A stretch of 64,000 bases of DNA, taken from Eledone cirrhosa (lineage: Eukaryota). The DNA lies in NCBI GenBank assembly GCA_964016885.1, contig OZ024742.1, positions 27,342,001 through 27,406,000 of the forward strand, in the 5' to 3' direction. Position numbers and translations under genes: made by a program. The notes beneath the pieces were generated by a model. It worked only from the letters and a program-made list of their open reading frames with translations, had not been told where the DNA came from and searched no databases. Shown piece after piece: positions 53,907 through 64,000 of the stretch (position 1 is the first letter of the stretch; each line of letters starts with the position of its first letter).

Positions 53907-54101
53907 ATATTTCAGAAAAAAAACAGACCACTCCGGCACCAGTTACGAACAAAACGATAAACCCCGATAACAGGAACAAATACGAGCAAGTCAACAAAGT
54001 TTACCAGAATGGTATGTCGGACAGACAACCTGATAATCATCACATTATGGTGACGATCAGAGATGCTGTTAACCAATCTCATATAAACCCTTACTTATCA
54101 G
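53907..54101 (+). CDS. Probable stalk exon of the same gene (boundaries ambiguous)
   Basis: Long polypyrimidine tract ~53850-53895. Phase-1 acceptors at 53907 (aag|) or 53916 (ttcag|) and phase-1 donors after 54011 (G|gtatgt) or 54101 (G|gtaact). Non-repetitive open frame ISEKKQTTPAPVTNKTINPDNRNKYEQVNKVYQNG... is Thr/Pro-containing and in frame with the Ig3 exon. Confidence 0.65.
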
Positions 54102-55819
54102 GTAACTATTGTCTCCTTAAACATGATTTACGATCAAGTCTCAGAACAATCATAAAAGGCTACCAGAACCGCAAGGTAAATATCTCATTGTCAAATAATT
54201 TGTTTATTTTTTTGCCAGATGTTTAAGCATCCCTTACAGACCCATTAGAAGGTAGGTATGGAACCAATATCAGTTAGGTATGTACAATGGTGTGAAACTA
54301 ATATTTGATAGGATTCACCATTGATCTCAATTTGAAAAGATTTTTTTTTTTTTTTTTTCAAAAATACGGTCATAATTATTCCTTTAAATCCGAAACTAAA
54401 GAAGCTAATATTAATTCCATGACAGGCAGAATACTAATTTTTGTTTTCATAAAAATATTTGTCTTTAAATATATAATAATGGTAAGTTTTGGTTAATATT
54501 TATTTTGCATGCGTTGGTATTATACAGTTCCTGGTCAAATCTCATTCTCCTGGATTTATAATCAAAGTCATTGCATTAACATCTATTTCATCTTTTCAGT
54601 TACTATATAATTGGCATTACATTATCCAATGTATAACGGTGGTGGATTGGCAGTATCGGTAGAAGGTCTGACGCTATGCAATGCAGCAAAGAGTTACGGC
54701 CCTTTATGGTCTGAGTTCAAATCCTGCCGAGGTTAACTTTGCCTTTCGTCCTTACGTGGTCGATAAAATAAAGCACCACTAATACACTGGGATAATTGCT
54801 GGCCTTGAGCCAAAAGTAGAAACAATTATATTATCCAATGTATTCTTTCTTTATTAAACAGTAGGCTGTTGTCTCGAGCAGACAGTGTAATAGCATAGAG
54901 GCTATTTCATTGTCAAACATTGAATCCTAATACATGTTTCCACAATAGTCTATATTTGAGATTAATCTACCATGTAACCTTAGTCAAGGAAACATACTAT
55001 ATACATGTAAGTATAATCAATCCTGATGTTAAAATTATTCGAGCATAAATACCAAATAAAGGAGAACAGAATGCAAACTATTAGAATTTTCAGTTTTCTC
55101 AGCCTGGCTTTCAGCAGGCTTTACGTGTTAGCAACTCTATTAATTATGCTTGATGTTTCGAAGACCTACAGTATAGTATAAGAATTTAGTGAATATATGA
55201 TAATTATCGGTTTGCATCCATTATACAGTGTTTATCACATTATGAATATAATTTTGTGGTGACGAGGATTTGACAGTATCGGTAGAGGGTCGGACGCTAT
55301 GCTTTGACGCACAGAGTTACGGCCCTTGCCATTCTGTGTTCAAATCCTGCCGAGGTTAACTTTGCCTTTCATCCTTACGGGGTCGATAAAATAAAGTACC
55401 AGTAATGCACTGGATAATTGTTGGCCTGGTGCCAATAGTAGAAACAATTGTGAATATAATGGAGGGCCATGACAGCAGAGACAAAGTACGGAGCCACAGG
55501 ATTAGGGGTTCGTATCCTATCATCACAGCATTGGGCGGTGGACAGAAATACTTACATTTCAAATGAGACTAATTCACTGGGTTGTAAATAAATATACTAT
55601 GGTAGAAGTAAAGCATCATTCTGATATATGTATATATATATATATATATATATGCGTGTTTATATATATATATGTGGGGGGGGGGGTTGTGTGTGCGTGT
55701 ATATATTATGTTATATATATATATATATATTAATAGTAATAATAATAAATTTGAAGAGTAAAATCCAAAAGAGGGCTCGATAAGGATAAATATATATCAT
55801 ATATATAAGAACCATAGAG

Positions 55820-57490
55820 CAAATATTTATTAAAATAACAGATTAAAGTTTAAGCAAGGAATCGCTGCTTTCGCCCTTAACGGGATCTTGTGAAACTAAC
55901 AAAGTCAATCTGTGAACGCAGAAATTAATATTTCAAAAAACGTTGCAACCGGTGGAAGAGAGGAAGACGATACTTTGGTTCGTGGAAACGTTCCTGGCAA
56001 AGAACGGGAAAAAACGAATATAATACGTCATTATTTGGAGCAGTGAATTGGCGTTGGATTGGCAGTATCGGTAGGGAGTCGGGCCTCATGCTTTGAAGCA
56101 TAGAGTTACGTCCCTTTATGATCTAAGTTCAAATCCCGCCGAGGTTGACTTTGCCTTTCATCCTTACGGGGTCGATGAAATAAAGTACTGGCCTTGTGCC
56201 TAAACTAGAAACAATTATTTGGAACAGTGAAAAACAATTACACGCAAAGACAAAACCACGTTTATGGTATAAAAGAAGTCGTAGACTAATATTCTATTCC
56301 TGGCAATGAACGGAAAAAATGAAGATAATACGTCATATGTGGAGCGGGGAAAACAATTGCCCGCGAAGACAAAACCATGTAAATAGTATAACTGAAGTCG
56401 TAGACTAAAATTCTAACTAGGAAACCGAATGATTCTCGGCTTCAGAGTTAAGAATAAAGTAAATAAAATACAGAGGTAATTGAAATTAAATAAATACATA
56501 CATGCATCCCGTTAAGGGTGGAAGTAGCGATTCTTTGCTTAAACTTTAATCTGTTATTTTAATATATATATATATATATATAATAATAATAATAGTAATA
56601 ATAATAAATTTGATAAGGATAAATATATATCAAATATATAAGAACCGTAGAGCAAATATTTATTAAAATTTCTTACTCTACGACTCCTAACCTTGCACAT
56701 AACATCACAGCTTCAAATTTAGCTAAACTACCTAGCCGTAGCAACACGTGCAACCCTGTAGTTAGTACTAACGGTAATTGTAGGATTCGCGTTGATTGCC
56801 CCCTATCCGGGAAATGCCTCTCTAGTAACATTGTCTACAAATGTAAGGTTGAAACACCCACGTCCCGTAGGGCCTACATAGTGTTAATCGCCAATAGATT
56901 CAAGCAGCGTCTTTACATGCATACCCATTCTTTTCGTTACCCTCTAAGAAGGAATATGACGTCACTTTCAGCTTATATCTGGAGTCTAAAAGACAACCAC
57001 ACCCAATATAAGTTACACTGGGAGATCCTAGCTAGGGCTAGATCGTATAACGGAAATAAAAGACCATGTGACCTCTGCGCCGCTGAGGCCCTGGAAATAC
57101 TCTACGCCACAGACCACATCTTAAACAAAGAATCTGAGGCAATTTCAGCTTGTAAACATAAATTGCACAAAACATTCCTGTATTACAGCCCCACATTATA
57201 CCCTAACGGATAGTACGATCTATACGTGGATATTTTACGTCTTGATGTGGTAGCTAAGTATATGTTATGTTTATACCATTACTTATTTGCATAGGTAAGT
57301 ATATATTACCTGTATATTTTGTGAAGGGAACGTTTCCACGAACCAAAGTATCGTCTTCCTGTCTTCCTCCGGTTGCAACGTCTTTTGAAATATCCACTTC
57401 TGCGTTTACAGATTGACTTAGTTAGTTTCAGAAGATCGCGTTAAGGGTGAAAGCAGCGATTCTTTGCTTAAACTTTAATCTGTTATGTTA

Positions 57491-57500
<10 letters not shown>
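55820..57500 (+). mobile_element. Penelope-like (Naiad-type) 3' fragment flanked by inverted copies of its terminal sequence
   Basis: ~56670-57213 encodes GNCRIRVDCPLSGKCLSSNIVYKC..AYI..FKQR..H..SF..TSLSAYIWSLKD..CDLC..E..ILNK; ~55825-55994 is the reverse complement of ~57327-57497. Confidence 0.82.
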
Positions 57501-57531
<31 letters not shown>

Positions 57532-60500
57532 TTCAAAATATTAACAAAAATAGATAAATATTTATATACCTTAAGATTTAGACATGAAAAAATTTACATA
57601 TAATACAGAGGGTGCGTGTGAGAAAGCTTAAAAATACATAATAGCAATTTACATAACTGTTAGAGATTCAAATAATTTAAATTATTGAAGAAAGAAGACT
57701 GAAGAAAGACAGAGAGAAACAGATGAGGAGAAAATATAGTGACTTGAAGTATAGAAAGCAAAAGAGAATTGATCAAGGTTAGAGAGACAAGGAGTAATAA
57801 TTTTTATAGTATAAAGCATAGGGAGGGAGGTGTGTATTGCCGTGGATGAATAGGGTGTGATTAGATAATGCAAAAATTATATATATCTATAGAAACACAT
57901 GAATATACATTTAGGCATAGATTTGTGAAAGAGTAAACTCGAATTTTTTAATTATTGAATTATCTAGAAGTATCCATCAATCTAAATATTAAATATATCT
58001 GTGTGTAATTATATGAAGGTTTAATTTCGAGTCCTTAGTTAATTAGAAATATACTAACAATTAATTATATACACTATATATATCCAAATGTATCCGGCTG
58101 GACGTTAAATTTCAAATCATTTATTTATGTTAGTTCAGAATAATGAATTAATCAAAATGTATAATATTTCTGGCTATAAAAGTTTATAAATATCTATATT
58201 GATATTAAAGTATACTATCATATTTAATTTATAAAATCATATTTGAAGTATTTGCAAACATGAGAAGGAAGACTTAATATTTTCTTCCTCACGAAGTTAA
58301 TCCATATTAAATTATATTATCTTATATTATATTAATTTTTTTTATATTGAAATAATACACATTATATAATTTAGAAAATAATTAGAGTTATAACTTTAAA
58401 AATTTTAAATTAACAATTAGAATGCCTTAAAGTATCTAAAGGCCTTATAATTAAACTTTAAAAAGGGTATTATTAAATTAGATATATCCATTTGTCTAAA
58501 TATATACAAGAGCATATTGTCTAAAGTTCAAGACGATATTAGTCAGTTATACATAACATAATATAATATAATATAATAAATAAGTTACTGTTAATATTGT
58601 TAAAAATTAAGGTTATTATGTTAGAATCATGTAATACATATATACTATAAATATACACATCAAACTTCATGAATCATAAGGATACGAACCAGATTCAAAT
58701 TAAAAAAGTAAATTGCTTGCGATCATAAAAGTGCCAAACATCTAATCTATATAATTTAAAAATACAGGAAAATTTTTTTTATTTTTTTATAAGGATCTAT
58801 ATTGTAGTATAATATCATATTTAAAGTGTCTGCAAACATGAGAAAGGTAAAACTTAAGATTTTCATTGACCCGAAGGTAATCCGAATTTAATTAAATTAA
58901 AAAATAATAATCGTTATATAATTTAGAAAATATTTAACAATTATAAAAATAGAATGTCCTTAAGTATCTAAAGTACTTATAAATGTAGCTAGAAGCTACT
59001 AGATATATACATTTGTCCAAATATACATAGAGTATTCTGTTCGGAAGTCAAAACGATATTAGTGATCCATATACATATAATAAATAATAAATACAATCAT
59101 TGTTAGTAAAGTTATAATTGAATGTTTACATCAAGTTAAGTGGAAAATGTTTTTCGACTAGGATCGTGTGCGACGCATATACCATAAATATATATAAATA
59201 AATATAAATATATAAATCAAACATCCTGAATCATAAAACTAACATACTCCAAAAGAATAAATACACAAATACATAAATGCATGAATGATTTACGGTTCAT
59301 TGGAACTGTTAACCATATAAGCTATATATTTTTTTAAATATACAAGAATCTCAATCAAATTAAATGTATCTACACAATCAAATAATTAGCATATTCATCA
59401 AGAGATCATGTTAACAATCTATATGTTTACATACCTATATAGAACCCTTTAATCTAACATTAATCTTATCGCAAAAGAATATAAAATAAAAATTTTTTAT
59501 AAGGTTTTATAATCTGTTATAACGTTTTACGCACTCAGTTGATAAGAGACGTCAAATATTAGAACCTATTTATTTAGTGGTTTTTCCTGACTTTTTGTGA
59601 GGTTTGGAATGTATAGGAAGCTTTATGAAGGTAATTTGAGAATAATTCACTTTTTTTGTTAATTAAATTTTCATAATTAGTAATTATTAATAGGGTCTCC
59701 ATGGTACAGAGATTGCAGTTAGGTGATATTGAAGAATTCAAGTAGATTCGACTATTACACAGCTTCGACCAAGAAATCGAGTATTTTAAATTTTTGTCTT
59801 TTAACGACCATATAAGTTGTGATAAAGAAGTCGAAGATTTCCTATTAGGATTCGAAAAAGAGCAATTGTGATTCGAAAATCTTGATTTAAATGTCGATGA
59901 AGTTGCACCAATATAGTTGTATGTGATGTTATTTGCTTTTACGATACATTTATAGAGCAGATTGCTATCCAGACAATTATTTTGCAGAGGGCAATTTGGT
60001 CTATTTCTACAATTACATTTCGATTTATTATTATTACTATAAATTGGACAACTTACATTAACATTATTAGTACTTTTAAGTGTTCTATTGATTGTGCTTA
60101 GATTAATGTTATTGTTATTCCTCGTATTAATATTGCTAGTGTTATTATATTCATTATCTTTAAATATTTGTTGATTATGATTTAGAATTCTACTATTTAT
60201 TTTTTCGATGTTCTGGGCCATATTCATAGTTGTAGAATAAGAAAGCTTAATTGTGCGTCTGTTAAATATGGAACGGTATTTGTGTTGAATGGGGAAGGAT
60301 TTATCTAAATCTTTAAAGAATAGATTTGCGAGTGGTGTTTTTATTGCTACAGAAGCTGGGGGAGGGACCAAATAACTGATTTAGTTCTGATTTTTTTCCA
60401 CGCTTTATTCACGGTACTGGTATTTGCATTATAATTTTTAGAATCTCGTTTATATATGTTACTCGTATTTTTATGAGGATCATAATTCAAATTATTATTA

Positions 60501-60532
60501 TCTATATATTCAATATTATGTTTATAACCTGC

Positions 60533-60715
60533 AGTGGATTGGCAGTATCAGTAGAGAGTCGGACGCCATGCTTTGATGCATAGAGTTACGGCCCTTGCCA
60601 TTCTGAGTTCAAATCCCGCCGAGGTTAACTTTGCCTTTCATCCTTACGGGGTCGATAAAATAAAGTACCAGTAATGCACTGGGTAATTGCTGGCCTTGTG
60701 CCTAAAGTAGAAACA
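60533..60715 (+). mobile_element. tRNA-derived SINE family 1, full copy with 18-bp TSD, nested in a Penelope-like ORF
   Basis: A box TGGCAGTATCAG, B box GAGTTCAAATCC, body ctttgcctttcatccttacggggtcgataaaataaagtaccag; TSD attatgtttataacctgc at 60515-60532 and 60716-60733. Confidence 0.92.
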
Positions 60716-62039
60716 ATTATGTTTATAACCTGCTTTTCGTAGCGCGTCATTATAGTATCCTGCTTTTTCATCAAATATGGATTTATTAGCGGATATTCTA
60801 GTTATGCGTTTCTGTACACTATTGACTATTGCGTTTTTCACGGATTTAGGAGGATTAGAGTAATAGCTAACGTAATTTAAGTTTTCATTAGGCTTATGGA
60901 AAGGGTAATAAAAACATGAGTTTAAGTTAAGGGTAACATCAAGGAAATTAACTATTTTGGTACTACTTTCAACTTCTAATTTAAGGTCGTAATTTTTAAA
61001 CAATTCAATTATAGTTTTCTTAACCCTATTTAGTTCTGTATTGCTATGTTTGACAACCGTAAATAAAATATCGTCCCTATATAAACCACCAGTAATCTCC
61101 GGCAGTTTTCTATTTACCATATTTAAGATAGAAATCCCCAGAAGATCGGTGACCTACGCTTAGTCCGATGATCCCATGGTAATGTCAAAGTTTCCATTCC
61201 TATCTGAACGGGTCCAATACTCATTGTTGAAATTAATTAGAGTTCTTCTAGCAGTTAATATGATATTGATTTCATTCGTAGGATGTATGTTTGTAAGCAT
61301 AAGACAAAGCCTTATTTAATAGGTTAGGTGTAATAGAAGAATAGTCTGAAATATTATACATTTTGATTAATTCATTATTTTGAACTAACATAAATAAATG
61401 ATTTGAAATTTAACGTCCAGCCGGATACATTTGGATATATATAGTGTATATAATTAATTGTTAGTATATTTCTAATTAACTAAGGACTCGAAATTAAACC
61501 CTCATATAATCACACCCAGATATATTTAATATTTAGATTGATGGATACTTCTAGATAATTCAATAATTAAAAAATTCGAGTTTACTCTTTCACAAAGCTA
61601 AGCCTAAATGTATATTCATGTGTTTCTATAGATATATATAATTTTTGCATTATCTAATCACACCCTATTCATCCACGACAATACAAACCTCCCTCTCTAT
61701 GCTTTATACTATAAAAACCATTACTCCGTGTCTCTCTATCTTTGATCAATTCTCTTTTGCTTTCTATACTTCTAGTAACTACATTTTCTCCTCATCTGTT
61801 TCTCTCTGTCTTTCTTCTGTCTTCTTTCTTCAATAATTTAAAATATTTGAATCTCTAACAGTTATGTAAATTGCTATTATGTATTTTTAAGCTTTCTCAC
61901 ACGCACCCTCTGTATTATATGTAATTTTTTTCATGACTCAATCTTAGGGTATATAAATATTGAGTTTTGTCATATCTTATTTCACTACCATGACTGAATA
62001 TTAACCATCTACTATGTCAGGGTATGTCATGCATCATCT

Positions 62040-62106
62040 TATTTTATCTGATGAGGACGTACTGTTGAAGTTAGCTCAGTACCTCATAAATATGTATAAT
62101 AAAATA
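62040..62106 (+). ncRNA. Type I hammerhead motif with GAAA box mutated to TAAA
   Basis: TATTTTAT-CTGATGA-GGACGTACTG...CAGTACCTCA-TAAA-TATGTA-TA-ATAAAATA. Confidence 0.75.
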
Positions 62107-62232
62107 TACTTGATCACACGAATGTCTATTTTTGTTAATATTTTGAATTAATATTAATAACTCCGGAAAACCATTTCAGTTGAGAGCTTCCAATCTCATT
62201 CTTTGATTTATTCATTGAACCTGTTTAACCTT

Positions 62233-62306
<74 letters not shown>

Positions 62307-62495
62307 TGTGTATATATATGTATATATGTGTGTGGGCAGGGGGTGTTTGTGTGTGCGTGTGTGCGTGTGTGCGTGTATATATTATTTTATATATATATAT
62401 ATATGTATCTAAAAGGTAAACAGAAGTAACAACACAATCGGTACAGTATATGGAAGGGATATATTAGGTTAACGCTTGATATAGCAGGAAGAGGG

Positions 62496-62531
62496 TCTTA
62501 ACGTTTCGGACGCTAGTCTTTCATCAGAAGA
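62496..62531 (-). ncRNA. Minimal type I hammerhead ribozyme
   Basis: Minus strand: TCTT-CTGATGA-AAGACTAGCGTCC-GAAA-CG-TT-AAGA; palindromic AACGTT helix III as in PLE minimal hammerheads. Confidence 0.72.
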
Positions 62532-62724
62532 AAGAATGAGAAATAAGATAGATTGATGGGACGAGCGGGATGGAATTGGAAAAAATATCTTTAGATAAAA
62601 ATAACAGGTCCATTCATGTTTATATATATATATTGACTTTGTTAGTTTCAGAAGATCCCGTTAAGGGTGAACACAGCGATTCTTTGCTTAAACTTTAATC
62701 TGTTATTTTAATAAATATATATAC

Positions 62725-62779
<55 letters not shown>

Positions 62780-62879
62780 TATAGGAGTTGTATTTAATTT
62801 GTTGTAATTCCGACAAACATAAATGACTATCCAGCGAATCTTCGGACCGTTAAGGTGTGGTTTCCATGGGTATGTCATT

Positions 62880-62980
62880 ATTTATAAAACAAATTTTGTA
62901 TTTTATCTGACGAAAGCGCACCAAGATTTACTTGGTCACCCTTGAAATATATATAATAAAATAAAAATGGTTTTATAAAT
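62880..62980 (+). ncRNA. Type I hammerhead ribozyme with extended helix I, intact core
   Basis: ATTTATAAAAC..TATTTTAT-CTGACGA-AAGCGCACCAAGATTTACTTGGTCACCCTT-GAAA-TATATA-TA-ATAAAATA..GTTTTATAAAT. Confidence 0.85.
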
Positions 62981-63212
62981 ATATTTTACATTTATTATTG
63001 TGGATTGGCAGTATCGGTAGAAAGTCGGACGCCATGCTTTGACGCATAGAGTTACGGCCCTTATCATTCTGAGTTCAAATCCCGCCGAGGTTAACTTTGC
63101 CTTTCATCCTTACAGGGTGAGATAAAATAAAGTACCAGTAATGTACTGGGTATTTGCTGGCCTTGTGCCAAAAAGTAGAAACAATTATTATCTTGGTATA
63201 TATATATATATT

Positions 63213-63288
<76 letters not shown>

Positions 63289-64000
63289 TTATTATTATAA
63301 ATAAAATAACAGGAGGTTGGACTGGTGTAAATCCTTGAAAAGTTTATTATGCTATGATCATTTCAATGACCGGGTTCCTTATGAATCCGGTCATTGAAAT
63401 AATATTACATCAAGATTGACCATACGGAATGACCAATTCTATCCAGTGGTGAACCAACAAACCTAAATATATATATATATATATATATAACCTATCTTTC
63501 AATGTTATTTATTATACATTATATAATACTAGTTACCCATTCTATATCATTCCTATTTATCACTTCCCTTTCTTCCTTTTTCCTTTTTCCTTTTAATTTC
63601 TAACCTCTAATCTGTACCTTTTCTTCCTAGATACTTTTCAATTCTCATTATTACTCACCCCAATATATCCACTCTTCCTTCTTCCATCCTATCACTAGCC
63701 ATAAAACTTACTATTACCCTTTTAAATACTTTATAGTATCACCGTGAAAAATCCTTCGCAAAAATAAACATTTTTTTTTACGTTAGATTATTCATCCTCA
63801 TTTCATTATTTTTTTCTCCCTTTCATGTTCGTCTAATTTACACATCACAACACATAAAAACAAACTTAAACCCTAACTAATCTCCTTTATTACATTATAT
63901 TATTACCATTAGGAAATACTTCATAAACATACATATTTTGATGTTAAGGTCTTCTCCTTAAACACTATCTCATTCTTTGCTTTCTGCGCTCATTTGTAAA

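Larger units (their letters stand above)
57530..62236 (-). mobile_element. Penelope-like (Naiad-type) element with an inverted terminal repeat at its truncated 5' end
   Basis: RT (FDITMGS, GGLYRDD, VNFLDVTLNL, FHKPNE) 61340-60370; CNCRNRPNCPL linker and GIY-YIG domain ending at 59574; long 3' region; 61341-61961 is the reverse complement of ~57557-58177. Confidence 0.9.

Noticed and set aside
59574-60371. Selenoprotein-type Naiad (in-frame TGA at Cys positions)
   Set aside because: The conserved Cys positions I checked in the three GIY-YIG regions are Cys codons or ordinary substitutions, not TGA.

Overview
AT-rich, microsatellite-dense animal genomic DNA, most likely an octopod cephalopod (inferred from SINE and repeat content; not verified by search). 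The window lies inside one large + strand gene for a three-Ig lachesin/IgLON/DIP-like adhesion protein. Four exons are well supported (5897-6101, 35596-35748, 43318-43446, 44659-44946) and a fifth, stalk-coding exon is probable (~53907/53916-54011/54101). All join in frame at GT-AG junctions. The introns hold two Tx1/L1-clade LINEs, two R4/Dong-like LINEs, RTE and CRE-like fragments, several Penelope-like (Naiad-type) elements, two tRNA-derived SINE families, hAT and Tc1/mariner remnants, and many mini- and microsatellites. The most notable signals are: (1) seven type-I hammerhead ribozyme motifs, several with an intact core, three of those in the sense orientation of the host pre-mRNA, some on tiny ORF-less units embedded in (TA)n; (2) an intron-like GTAAGT...(Y)n...CAG spacer between LINE ORF1 and ORF2 whose removal would fuse the two ORFs in frame; (3) apparent satellite or microsatellite targeting by three retroelement groups. 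Most entries in the supplied ORF track are repeat artefacts.
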